From NCBI RefSeq assembly GCF_964355755.1, contig NC_092676.1, positions 2,609,788 to 2,673,787 on the forward strand: a stretch of 64,000 nucleotides of DNA, in the 5' to 3' direction. Position 1 is the first letter of the stretch. Each line of letters starts with the position of its first letter. The notes beneath the pieces were generated by a model. The model saw nothing but the letters and a program-made list of their open reading frames with translations, had not been told where the DNA came from and did no database searches. Both the position numbers and the translations under genes were made by a program. Positions 26,553 to 39,800 of this stretch are shown one piece after another. The stretch is from Antedon mediterranea. Taxonomy: Eukaryota; Animalia; Echinodermata.

Positions 26553-26884
26553 AAGGTTCCCAGAAATTTCTTTCCTGATTTTTAAAAACTCAACTATATT
26601 TGTCATCTAATAGGATGTTTTTAGTCAGTTAGAATATAATTTTAAAGTAAAAATTATCTAAAACATCTTTTATCCTTTAAAAATCATGTAAATCAAATGT
26701 AAGTGAAATTGATGATCTGCAGAAAGGAAAATGCAAATATAGAAGTCTAGAAATATTAATTGCCCTTTTTTGTGTACGTGATTACAATTTTTAAATAAAC
26801 TTTTTTTTTGTTGCTGTGAATGTGATCACATTTTTGGTCAAAGTGAATAGCACTATTATTACATCATGGGAAGCTGAAACTTAT

Positions 26885-28764
26885 AACTGGGGCTACCATC
26901 AACTTAATTTTCATCTACTACCTATGCTAAGTAATCTCTGTTTAACCTCTAAGTACTGGGCCTACCATCAACTTAATTTTCATCTACTACCTATGCTAAG
27001 TAATCTCTGTTTAACCTCTAAGTACTGGGCCTACCATCAACTTAATTTTCATCTACTACCTATGCTAAGTAATCTCTGTTTAACCTCTAAGTACTGGGCC
27101 TACCATCAACTTAATTTTCATCTACTACCTATGCTAAGTAATCTCTGTTTAACCTCTAAGTACTGGGCCTACCATCAACTTAATTTTCATCTACTACCTA
27201 TGCTAAGTAATCTCTGTTTAACCTCTAAGTACTGGGCCTACCATCAACTTAATTTTCATCTACTACCTATGCTAAGTAATCTCTGTTTAACCTCTAAGTA
27301 CTGGGCCTACCATCAACTTAATTTTCATCTACTACCTATGCTAAGTAATCTCTGTTTAACCTCTAAGTACTGGGCCTACCATCAACTTAATTTTCATCTA
27401 CTACCTATGCTAAGTAATCTCTGTTTAACCTCTCTAAGTACTGGGCCTACCATCAACTTAATTTTCATCTACTACCTATGCTAAGTAATCTCTGTTTAAC
27501 CTCTAAGTACTGGGCCTACCATCAACTTAATTTTCATCTACTACCTATGCTAAGTAATCTCTGTTTAACCTCTAAGTACTGGGCCTACCATCAACTTAAT
27601 TTTCATCTACTACCTATGCTAAGTAATCTCTGTTTAACCTCTAAGTACTGGGCCTACCATCAACTTAATTTTCATCTACTACCTATGCTAAGTAATCTCT
27701 GTTTAACCTCTAAGTACTGGGCCTACCATCAACTTAATTTTCATCTACTACCTATGCTAAGTAATCTCTGTTTAACCTCTAAGTACTGGGCCTACCATCA
27801 ACTTAATTTTCATCTACTACCTATGCTAAGTAATCTCTGTTTAACCTCTAAGTACTGGGCCTACCATCAACTTAATTTTCATCTACTACCTATGCTAAGT
27901 AATCTCTGTTTAACCTCTAAGTACTGGGCCTACCATCAACTTAATTTTCATCTACTACCTATGCTAAGTAATCTCTGTTTAACCTCTAAGTACTGGGCCT
28001 ACCATCAACTTAATTTTCATCTACTACCTATGCTAAGTAATCTCTGTTTAACCTCTAAGTACTGGGCCTACCATCAACTTAATTTTCATCTACTACCTAT
28101 GCTAAGTAATCTCTGTTTAACCTCTAAGTACTGGGCCTACCATCAACTTAATTTTCATCTACTACCTATGCTAAGTAATCTCTGTTTAACCTCTCTAAGT
28201 ACTGGGCCTACCATCAACTTAATTTTCATCTACTACCTATGCTAAGTAATCTCTGTTTAACCTCTAAGTACTGGGCCTACCATCAACTTAATTTTCATCT
28301 ACTACCTATGCTAAGTAATCTCTGTTTAACCTCTAAGTACTGGGCCTACCATCAACTTAATTTTCATCTACTACCTATGCTAAGTAATCTCTGTTTAACC
28401 TCTAAGTACTGGGCCTACCATCAACTTAATTTTCATCTACTACCTATACTAAGCAAACTCTGTTTAACCTCTAAGTACTGGGCCTACCATCAACTTAATT
28501 TTCATCTACTACCTATGCTAAGCAAACTCTGTTTAACCTCTAAGTACTGGGCCTACCATCAACTTAATTTTCATCTACTACTGTACCTATTCTAAGCAAA
28601 CTCTGTTTAACCTCTAAGTGCTGGGCCTACCATCAACTTAATTTTCATCTACTACTGTACCTATTCTAAGCAAACTCTGTTTAACCTCTAAGTGCTGGGC
28701 CTACCATCAACTTAATTTTCATCTACTACTGTACCTATTCTAAGCAAACTCTGTTTAACCTCTA
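26885..28764 (+). repeat. 69-bp satellite array, 27 units
   Basis: Unit TACTGGGCCTACCATCAACTTAATTTTCATCTACTACCTATGCTAAGTAATCTCTGTTTAACCTCTAAG. Units 8 and 19 carry +CT; units 25-27 carry +5 bp. Confidence 0.98.
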
Positions 28765-28895
28765 CACTATCAAACTTTATGTGTCAAAAAATATGGACCT
28801 GATGATGTCATATCACTACCATATTCGGGTATATCACTACCATATTTGGGTATATCACTCTTTATTTCAAACTTTTTGACAGTGTAGACAGAGCT
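28761..28895. mobile_element. PIF/Harbinger-type MITE (family A), left TIR truncated by satellite
   Basis: TCTACACTATCAAACTTTATGTG ... GACAGTGTAGACAGAGCT with two internal 21-bp units. Confidence 0.85.
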
Positions 28896-29801
28896 AATAA
28901 GCAAACTCTTTTTAACCTACCATCAACTTAATTATTGTTCACATGTTAAGAGCCATCATATTATTTAGATGCGAACATGACTCTGTAATACGCCACTGTA
29001 TATTAACTTGTTAAGAGAGTGTTTGTTTAATAGTTTTTACCAAGATCCCTTGACAAGAGACAGGGAATGTGTTTTGCCAATGTTTTCATTCTAAACTTAT
29101 CCTTACAAAGCAGACCAATTTAGCCACGACATTCATACTTAAATGACAGACGCCTTTGATTGTGTTCCAACCTTCCAAGAAAATGGTTAATGATTACGGT
29201 CAGTTTGATCAAAACAATTGCTAATTTCGAAAACACAACAATGTCTTTTATTAATTTGTTCCTCTGTGTCCACACCCTTTGAGCATAAACTTAATAATAC
29301 TATCTTTAAGCCTTGTACTCTTTTTTTTTGGTTGCGGGTAGATCTATGCCAGGTCAGGGCTTGTAAATCTCCACCAGATGCTTAGATCTCGTACCCTGTG
29401 TTCTTTAGAGGTGGTGCTACTGTTAAAAAGAATTCTCCGAGTGATCTTAACATAATTCAGTTTGTTACAAAGTGTAGAACATGTTTGTTTTTAATGTTTC
29501 TTGTTATGCTTTGCCTTGTCATATACTAACATCCTCCCTAGATAGTCTTAATTATACTCCAGTTGACTTCCTTTAACTCTTATCGTTTTTCTTACAACCG
29601 GTAATTTTTTAAATACTAATTAAATTTCAAATTGAAAGGACAATACTGTCTCCATGTTGTGATTGAGTGATCAAACTTCAAAAATATATATATACTTCGT
29701 ATTTTATGATATTAGACAGCGTTATCAGTTCATTTATGTACAGGCCTACCGAGTACCAGAAACCTATATTTTTGGGAATAAACTTCCCAAGCAAGGGGAT
29801 G

Positions 29802-29934
29802 GAAAAAAAGCTATGTTGGGATCTTAATTTTAAAGTATATTGAATGTAGTAGGGACAGAAAAAAAGCTACGTTGGGATCACATACAAGGGCACAGAAAGA
29901 AAGTTATGTTGGGATCTTAATTAAGTATATGAAT
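29802..29934 (+). repeat. Imperfect triplication
   Basis: GAAAAAAAGCTATGTTGGGATC-like motif occurs three times with variable spacing. Confidence 0.75.
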
Positions 29935-31283
29935 ATATATTGAAAAAAGCAAGGTTAGAATTTTAATTTTGAGGTAGATTTGATGTTGTGTATAAGTGAT
30001 GATAACTTCATTAACAAAACAACTCGCTCTATCCACCACCAGATAGACTTTCTTCATCAGTGCTTCCATGAGTGAATGATTAGTTAATAAGAGCAGGGAC
30101 GTTAGTTGATCAGACACAGTAATGATTTGATGTTTACATATAATAAAAACTTCACGATTTCTTGTTAATTCTGGAAGATTTGATTGATGTTTTTGTCAGT
30201 TTCTTTGCTGTTTTAAAATGTTGTATTTGTTATCTGAGGCGCCTTGAAGCTAAGGTGGTTACACCTTGTGAGGCACCTCTGTGTAAAATATTGAATACAA
30301 AAAAAAACAACAAAACAAAAAAAAATAAGAAATGAAATTCTGTAATGATTGATTTTGACATTTATATGTCATCATTAGAAATCATATAACAAAACTAATT
30401 CAATAATTTTTGCTATTTCTTCTATCGTTCCATAATTTCTATTGCTATTGCTGCGAACGGAAAAAAAAAATGTTACCTACGCAACTAGAAAATAGTTGAT
30501 TAATTAAAGTTAAAAGCTTGATATAAAAATACTGTCAGAACATATAATAATGTTCTGGCTTGTATAGAAAGAAATTGATCTGAAAAAGAATTAGTATAAA
30601 AGTGACTAACATCATGAAGATATATGATACACGTTAAGTAGAACATTCCTAATATACGGTAATATTTCTCCTATCATAATTGTTAGATGAATGATTAAAA
30701 AATAATAAACAGTCAAATAAATATGGTTTGATTGATTATTTAAATATAAATATGGAATAAACCATTATTATTTACTTGTTCATGTTATTCCTTGAATTTA
30801 GACTGATTGATCAAAAATGTTGTTGTTTTCTAGTTGGTACAATGTGACCTGGTTTAGCATAAAAAAACATTGAATTGTCATCTAAATCAGATACTGTATG
30901 ATTGATTGGATAAGAATCTGTGTTGACTTTATCATAAGAAAATGACTAATAGAATTTGAAAGAATGGTTACAACTTTACCTTTTTTTTTTAGTTGCCAAG
31001 ATGTTGTAAAGGTCGTACTACTCCGTGTAAGATCCGGTCCTACACCCCCAAATCACAAAAGTGCTACTGTGGGTTTTTCCCATCAGACGTTTCCTTGTAT
31101 TTGTCTACCACTTGAGGTTTGCTCAAGTTCATAAATAGTAAGAGATGATTTTAAGTGGAAATATTTGATTTAAAAAACATGTCTATTTCGTGCCAAGCTT
31201 GTCTGGAAAAGAAATGATGATGGTGGCATGTTGGGGTTAATGGAATTTACCATGGTTTAGATAGGGGTTTTATTCGAGTTGTA

Positions 31284-31361
31284 ATGTTCTTTTTGGAGAG
31301 AAATAGACCAGTGTCAGTTTATCCAGGTAAGGTAAGCGCCACTAATAGACTACCAACACCA
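31284..31361 (-). repeat. Dispersed repeat family D
   Basis: GTTTATCCAGGTAAGGTAAGCGCCACTAATAGACTACCAACACCA matches 10435-10474. Confidence 0.7.
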
Positions 31362-32554
31362 CTTTTGGTTTTTGTAATTTAGCAATTTGTTTATTTCAAC
31401 CAATTTATTAAAATATTATTATATATGTGAAATTTAACCATGTTGTAGATGAAAATGAAAAACCTAAGTATGACATTTTTTACCTTTATTTTGCAAGTTT
31501 TGTGGGACGATACATACCAAACAAGTCCTCATAACCTTTACATCCCACATCATTGTTAACCAAAAGAAATTTCTTGTCAAACTAAATAATCTACCAAACT
31601 TAATCAACAGTAAGGTAATTGTTTTCATTCAAAATGATTTATTCCAAATCATAATTTATAGAAAATAGAAATTGAACAAGGAAGTGTAGTAGCAAGCAAG
31701 ACAAATAAAGTATCATATTCGTGCAAGGTAGAATAGAAAGCTGATATGTATCGCACTTTAACGCTTTAGAAAGAATGCACATTTTTCAGCTGTTAGTACC
31801 AGTACAATTTGATTGGAACAAACACTTTGAATGTGGGTCGTGGAGATATAAGTTGCATTGCTTAATGCAGGTATTTACTGAAATATAATACTGCTTGGAA
31901 ATAATAAGTTCCATTGATTATTGATATCATGTGCTTTGTAAGCATTATCACTTTCAAAACTGCATCTATTACGCCATGTATGCAAATACGTCGACACGTT
32001 ATTCTGTCGAGGCTTAAATTCAATCTCCACGTTTTTATATTTGATGGGGTTAATTATAATTCGAGGTAATCTGTGCCTGCTATATTCTTAGCTTTATATA
32101 ATATCTATAAATGATGTGTTACTGTGTTACCTATTTTTTATTTAAATTTGTAATTATCTCCTTTTATAGTACTTTTCAAACCTTGTTTGTAGTTGAATCT
32201 CGTTTTGCAACTATTTAGTTGTATTATTATTATTTGTATTGTTGGTGTTGTTCCTAAATAAAATGGAATTGAATTAAATTGAAAACATTCACAGGTTTCC
32301 ACCATGCATGTTTGTTTGAAATAAAGCACACTGATTGGATAAAAGTTTGATGACTACTAACAGTCCAAATCAGCCAAGCGTGACTATTACCAAAAATACT
32401 GGTATACCTACAAGTTTACTGAGATTAGTTATTATAAAACAAAACTGTTTAAATGCAACACATATATATATATATTGCAATAAAATCATGTAGATCATTC
32501 AACATGAGGATTGACTAGGTTGTATTGTAGTCCACTCAACTTGAAATTTTCTAA

Positions 32555-32691
32555 AGCTCTGTCTACACTATCAAACTTTATGTGACAAAAAATGTGATGT
32601 GCCCATACGTGGAAATGATGATAAATCATATCACTACCATTGGGCACATCACACTTTTTTGTCAAACTAATTTGATAGTGTAGATAGAGAT
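32555..32691. mobile_element. PIF/Harbinger-type MITE (family A)
   Basis: TAA-AGCTCTGTCTACACTATCAAAC ... TTTGATAGTGTAGATAGAGAT-TTA. Confidence 0.88.
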
Positions 32692-32795
32692 TTAGGTGTA
32701 AACCAAACATGTTTTAGAAAGTTGATACAAAATGACAACACACCTCCCTCACTGATTTCACATTACCAGAATAATTTGAAAGATATTTATTGAAA

Positions 32796-33074
32796 TCAAA
32801 TATCCATGGACCGTGAGTTCACCATGTCAACCTTATTTGTGTCCCTCTAGTTTTGGGTGCAATGATGTTCCTGTCAACCGTGTGTGTTGGAGAAGTGATA
32901 AAGCATACAAATGTCTATGCTCCATTCAAAAACTTAGAGTAGTGTATCAAATATCTGTCGACCATGAGTGAGTCGTGTCAACCTTATTTTTGTCCCTCTA
33001 GTTTTGGGTGCAATGATGTTCCTGTCAACCGTGTGTGTTGGAGAAGTGATAAAGCATACAAATGTCTATGTTCC
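32796..33074 (+). repeat. 151-bp period tandem duplication
   Basis: TGTCAACCTTATTT...GAGAAGTGATAAAGCATACAAATGTCTATG is nearly identical at 32825 and 32976. Confidence 0.92.
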
Positions 33075-35050
33075 GTACCAATAGAGAGGTTAACTACAGC
33101 CCTATATCCGACTGAGTCAAATGGATATGCCACAGTTTTTACTGACATTTTTTTATTTGAATCCTATTCATGAATCTCAATAAATTGTCTGTTTTTGTAA
33201 AAGTTCCACTAATAACATCTTTTAAATGTTTGTGTTCTAAATTATGTATTTAACTAAGTGTATATCTTTTGGATAATTGCAAAAGGGAAAACCATCATGT
33301 GTTTTCCGCCGGACATTAATTATATTTTTGAAAATGTCACCCACATTCAGTTCAATTATCTGCGATATAGTTTATTATACTTGCGTATATGTAGTGTTTT
33401 ATGGAAGCCGATCTCTGCCTGGAACTGCATTTAGCCTGTCTTACACGGGATAATTTTACAATAAATTGCCCATTTTATTTTCTAGGACAACTATTAAAAC
33501 CCATATAAATAAAACGGAAATAATGTTTCCGATAGAAACTGCAACAAGCAAGGTGTGTTTAATTAAGTATTATTTTTTTTTAGAGTATTTAAGCACTGTC
33601 ATTGATTTCTGAGTATAGATGTATGAAATCATTTACTTTAACATTAATCACTTTTGATGTTACAACAAATAAACCATCCAAAAACGAAAGTGATAGTTCT
33701 AAATGAAATGCCATAATTATTTGATTATGATTGAAAATATTGAAAATATTATCTGTTTTTGTGATACATTTGGTGGTGACAGAATATATCCAAATGAATG
33801 TTCATATCTGTCATTTAAAAACTGCTTTCTTTGCCTACAAATTCCAAAATTGGGTCTCGATTATTTGGGTTACGATTTCCTTAATTACTTTAGTATGGTC
33901 AAGATTTCTGCACCATGTGTGAATTAGAACTACCCCCTCTATATTTGAAAAAGTTTTGTTCAATAGAAGTAGGTATAGCAGTCAATATATTAAAAGATTA
34001 TTTAAATATATTTGAAGATCATTCAAGTATTTGTTTAAAAAATATATAATTGAGATAGTTTTTAATACATTATTTGAGATGGTTTGAAAAAAATAAATTT
34101 GATACAAAAAGGATTAAAATTTCTAAATTTAAAAAAATTAACATAATATTGTGCCTAAATAAATACTAATATACTAATTTTATCTTAAAATATTAAGAAA
34201 TTGTTCTGTTTTGACTATTTTAATGTCAATCTGCCAGTCGATATGTTTTTGTACTTTTATTAATTAAACCCATCTTAAATAAACAATTTAATGATTTAAT
34301 TTTTTATACACAATGAAAAAAAAATGTACTGGGGAGTAAAACTACAATATAAATCAAAAAACAATCATATTATAAAAATAAAATCTCATTACAATTAATA
34401 ATTTCAACAATTAATTTTGGCAGTTGAGTTCCTAAAGCATGAAATATATTAGAGAAAAAATAGCTGAATTAAATTGTAATGTTATCAAAGAATGTTTTTA
34501 AGCTTTTATTTTCATAACAGTTGTCCATCTTAATATAATACTGTATTATCTTCATATTCCACTAAACCCTTTAATAAGAATTTTCCCCATCTTAAGAATA
34601 CTTGTCAAATTTTATGAAATATGAATTGAATTGCGACAAAACAATTACGTATCAGATTTATCGTTTGTGTTTTTTGCGATAATCTGAACGATTCGAACGA
34701 TTCCATCGCTTTCTGTTCATGAATACATTCATAGATTTTACGGTTCTTCTGCAGTCAATGATATCGTTAAATTGTCTCAGGTTTTGTAGGGCGTCAATGT
34801 CTCCGTGAAAGTGTTCGGTAGTGTCTAACTTGTGTTATTCTCTTCTCGTCATCTAATGATATATTACTCTTGGTTATCAACTTGTAATCTTTATTGTTTC
34901 TTCTCTCGGTGTCAGAAGATTTATGGCGTGAACAATCTAATATCCGTATTTTGTCTTCTTTATTCATCAAACTAATTACTTATGATCTCATCATATATAT
35001 TTGTTACTTTTTTTCTGCTATTGGTAAGCTATAATGGATAAACTATAGAA

Positions 35051-35225
35051 CAATAGAACCTTTATTAAAGGAACGATTTTGGTACCAAAGAAAGTGTCGC
35101 CTTAATATGGTTGTCCAATGAATAGGAGATGGCGATACTGTTGAAAAATAATTTGCTTCTCATTCATTTCACAGTAAACTGTCCATACATATGATTGTCC
35201 CATGCATAGGGGTTTGTCCTTCCAA
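35051..35225. mobile_element. Degenerate family C MITE
   Basis: CAATAGAACCTTTATTAAAGG start; AAAGTGTCGCCTTAAT and TGTCCAATGAATAGG motifs. Confidence 0.45.
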
Positions 35226-38200
35226 ACATGGTATTAATTAAGAACAATGCTAAAAAAGAATAAATGTGCTAATGAGCAAATAAATTTAATAAATTTTGGA
35301 AAACTAGTATAACTTAATAAACAATTCTTTTGTCAAAATTATTAAATCAACTTTAACTTAAAATTATTAGATAGTTTTAATATAAAATCAATTGTGTATA
35401 AAAGTTTTTAGATAATCTTTACTTAAGATATTGTACTTTGTTATTATATTGTACAATCCACACTACATTGTATTTAGTCGTTCCTAAAATTGGAAAGAAA
35501 ACTGCTTGTCAGAAATTTGGTATCGACTGTATAACTAATAATCTGTACCAAGACAAATAAATTACCGATAGATGACAAGAACGACTTGTAGATGGAGTCT
35601 AGGAATTATTACATCGTCGTTGATAAACCTATCGACTGACGCTTGTTCTTGTAGTTTTTAATTTACTTTTTTTTCCCTTGCAATTTTTTTTTTCCATATC
35701 GATTTGTCAGCGCCAACCAATTAGTAGTAGTTGTAAACTTTCCAATCGTAGGTCTCAAATTCTGGTTTAACTTGTCTAATTAAACTTATGTTTTTGCATC
35801 CAATGGATAATATACATGTATTGAAATTTTTATTCGGGAGTTTACGCCATCATAGAATACGAGTTAACGATAATACGATGTATTAAGTCACGTACGTATC
35901 TTGCTGCCACGATCTATAGAAAAATAACCGAGACACTTTGATTTTGCGATTTTCACAAATGAATAATGGTCTGTGTATTATGTATAACTTTTGTATTATT
36001 TACGTTGGTTGTTTCTAAAATACTTTAGTGAGTTTTGTTTTTTAAGGTCACGGCTACCTGGTTTTAATTTATCTCATTATGATTGGTTGAAGTTTTGCGG
36101 GAGTTGACCAATCAAGACGTCTGTATTTACATAATTATATTTAAACATTTTGGTTTTGGTTCATATTATATTCAACTCTCAAACTTTCTACATTCGCTCT
36201 TTTTTATTATTGAAAAATATTTGTCTTTCTTTCTTTTATTTATTACCTTTTTAAAATCTATTTATCTTTCCGTCTTAACTATAGTTGCTATATTTTATTA
36301 ATCTTTTTTTTGTTATTTTCATTGCTAACATGAATGCCCTCAACATACTTTTACAATGTATTTAAGAATGATGTTAAAGTATGTTTTCGTTGAACTTTAA
36401 ATTCAATTTTATTAGTCAAGCTCGTATTTTTTCTTCTTTTTTTTCTCCCCTGATACCAGACATTCTTAAATATATTACCATCAAATTTAGGAAACTTTGG
36501 GCTAACTGCATCGATTGGATCTTTATTGCATCATAATTTAGCAAAAGATAATCTAATAGGTTTAGTAGAAGTATTACGTAAATGAGTTACGACAATCACC
36601 GCGCAAAAAATTTACAAAATCTCAACTGAAGCTTTCAAGAAAATAGCTAAGTCTCACGAGAGACAACGTTACATGGTTCACTTTGGACAATACTTCATAT
36701 CACACTATTCTCTTGAATGTTGAGCAAATGACAATATTTGCGTCTCTTTCGTCAGCCTTGTGGGACATTTTCCAAATGAAAACTAATAACTGTTTTCAAT
36801 GGCGAACATCCTTAATGTACGCAATAGTAGCCATACTGTGTCTTGTTTCTACTCAACATAATTCGCAATCATAAACGTAATTGTAAACTATATATTTAAG
36901 TCTGACCCTGTGACCTCCTTTATAAGTTAGAGAAACTAGGACCAGTTTTGACCGCGTACAGATAGTATGTATAAATATACTGACCACGCCATACAAAGAT
37001 GTTTTTTCGCCGTGTACATTGAGTATTGTAGCTTGCCGACATATCGTCCTTATATGGTAAGTAAAACGCAAAAACTTTGTATTATCTAAAGCGCATTCAA
37101 TCATTGTGATTGGCTACCTGCTTAACGATAAAAACAAATCACCATGTACATATTTGTTTATGTCTAGCTGTAATTAAAATTATGACATAACGGGTAATCG
37201 CTGAAAGTTTTTTCGAGATGGTTTAATAAAATAATCGGTGATATTGGATTTGATTGCCAGATAGGATTCCACAGTTTGTTGACTTCAAACCGGCAATGAA
37301 AAGGGTTGCCAGGTTGTTTGAATAAGAATATCTATAACCCGCAACTGTCATCGGTCCTTCACTTCAAACAAACGATCTATGTAGAGATATTTCCTGCATC
37401 AGAAGCCTTTAATCATTGTAGATCTAAGCATACTCATTTATCAATTTTGCTATTGAGCATTTATCTTGATCAAAAGTCTGATAAATGGACTTCTTGTACA
37501 ACTTTATCATTGTCACATAGTTATCATGCTCAAACTCATTTACTATATCAACCAACAGGAATTCCATAATCCACAACGTATTAAAATCGGTCGCAAAAAT
37601 TAGAAAAAGAAACGATTAGATAATCTTCTTTAAACTCAATAGTTATTTTTACTGGAAAAGTAAATAAAGCGACCTAGATTTGTCTGGCGAATATTTTTGT
37701 CATCTTACTGTCGACGGTGTTTTTTAAACTTGAGGAGTAATACGTGATGCGCTCCGGTTACCTTTTTCTTATTTTACGTCGGTGATGATTTTGAAGATGC
37801 CTTAATGGTGTTTGAACGAAAATAAGCGTTAATAAGGTGAGTGAAGGCGCGAAGGTGCATCAACTTGTTGGTGTAAAGGTGATTGACTTAAATCAAGAAC
37901 GATAACTTTTAAGACACCGCGGATCATGTTAAGATCAGTTTAGATTGAACCGTGGGTTTGGAAGCTTTCGTATTCTTCCTTTGTTAATCTCGTTGATTGA
38001 AGATTTTGTACGAAGCGAACATTATTATCTTGTGCATGTGATTGGGTAAATTCACCGGATCTGATTCCAACCCAAAAACCATCTTTGAGAGATTGTGGAG
38101 TGCTTAACGTAATAAGGTTGGCAAATTGTACATAGTTTGCATTCATTTTTATCGCAATATAACGATTATTGCATTTATTCAAGGATTTTTATAATTTAAA

Positions 38201-38504
38201 TTAAGTTTTGCAGTTTAATACTTGATAATTTAAAGAAATAAAGAAAAGGTTAATAAGTTTGCATTCAACTGCCACTACACCATTGGTCTATTCCAAACTC
38301 AGCGATAAATATTTGAAAGTTCTAGAAGTGGATTTCTTGGTTTTAAATATGTTTTCTATTGCATTAACTTTCTGATATTAATTTTTGTTAAATTATATTT
38401 CATGTTATAAATTATATTCTTGATATTTTGATTTCGGCTTCTGCTGCGTTTTGAATATTTTGTTGATAAAACTTTTAATCAAACAATAAGACAAATAAAT
38501 ATTA

Positions 38505-38665
38505 AGCTCTGTTTTTACACTATCAAACTACTTTGACAAAAAAAGTGTGGTGTGACCTAATACAGTAGTGATATACCCAAATATGATAGTGTTATGACAT
38601 TATCATGTCCATATATGGGCACATCACACTTTTGTCACATAATGTTTGATAGTGTAGACAGAGCT
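38505..38665. mobile_element. PIF/Harbinger-type MITE (family A)
   Basis: TTA TSD on both sides (38502-38504, 38666-38668); TIRs AGCTCTG...ACACTATCAAAC / GTTTGATAGTGTAGACAGAGCT. Confidence 0.9.
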
Positions 38666-38744
38666 TTAGGATAGATATGAAAGTATAAAAAAAAGATTAC
38701 TCGGTACAAATTATGAATAAAAGATAGAGACTGAATGATAGTAT

Positions 38745-39045
38745 ACAAATAATGAATGTTTACGAGTGCAATGGTACAAATAATGGCATGAGGTGAATGA
38801 TGAAAGGTTATATCAACGAGGCAAAGCCGAGTTGATATAACCTTTCATCATTCACCAAGTGCCATTATTTGTACCATTACACGAATACAAAACATTCATT
38901 ATTTGTTTTATATAACATCTAAATAACAAACAAAAATGTTTCAAAAAGTACTATTTAACGATCGTTGAATAGTGCGTACTATTGCACGCCATGTGACCCA
39001 CATTCGTCCAATCAAATGACAGGAATTTATATAGGTGTTATATAA
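38745..39045. mobile_element. Palindromic non-autonomous element (possibly Crypton-type)
   Basis: Near-perfect inverted repeat 38745-38906 centred on CGAGGCAAAGCCGAG. A second IR pair TATATAACATCT (38909) / AGGTGTTATATA (39033) follows. The palindrome is directly seen; the class is recalled similarity only. Confidence 0.7.
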
Positions 39046-39530
39046 TATTGTTTATAAGTATCTATGGTGAGTATGTGTAAGTGTTGAAATATAACTGCAT
39101 TTAAAAACGTATAAGCTGTAATGTATTTTAAGTATATGAAATGGAAAATAATTGGGAATGCCACGTACGCGGAATATTATGTGAAGGGGGCAGATGGCCA
39201 GGTGAAGGAGCTCTCTTTGGAGACTAACATCAGCTGCTGTAGCTGACAATCTAAGTCTGTCTCACTTGCGAACCGGATAAAGCCTGCCCTCAACATTGTG
39301 TAAATGTTATCCCAAGTGCGGTTACTGCTTTCTCCTATGGGTATTGAGAAATATAATTTAGCTAAATTTGATTTAGTAAATGTTATAATGTTTAATAGGT
39401 TGACCTAATTTATGTAATTTGATACTATTTAAAGAAAAACTATAAGCGCATAGTGTAGATTTGGGAAAGTTTAAGTAATTGTAATAGCTATTCAATAAGA
39501 GTACAACTTGGAAGACTAAGACTATGTTTA

Positions 39531-39800
39531 ATTCATTTTGACTAACAAAATTGGATCAAAAAAATTTAGCTGATAGTACCGTAATTTTAAACATCCTAGG
39601 CAGCATAATTAATTTTCTTCATTTTTTGGCAAAAAATAACATAAAAAAACTCACCAATATGTCTTTTTTCAAACTAAAATCTATTTTTAAAACTAGTATT
39701 TCAAGTTTTTTAAAGTATGATTTTACTATAGATCAATTAAAGTTAATGGGTTTTGGTTAAATTTAACTGTTTGTTTCAAATGTCTTTTTTATAAGCAAAA
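39531..39800 (+). mobile_element. Interrupted internal fragment of family B MITE
   Basis: ATTCATTTTGAC...AAATTGGATCAAA (39531-39560) and AATGGGTTTTGGTTAAATTTAAC (39746-39767) match successive parts of 24084-24416, separated by unrelated sequence. Confidence 0.5.

Noticed and set aside
26816-28595. Three long ORFs (222, 255, 118 aa) of repeated MLSNLCLTSKYWAYHQLNFHLLP
   Set aside because: They are read-through of a 69-bp satellite whose unit is a multiple of 3. The frame is broken by +2 and +5 variants, there is no synonymous variation and no unique domains.
22769-28764. CRISPR-like appearance of the 20-bp and 69-bp arrays
   Set aside because: Units are contiguous with no unique spacers, there are no cas genes, and the context is eukaryotic.
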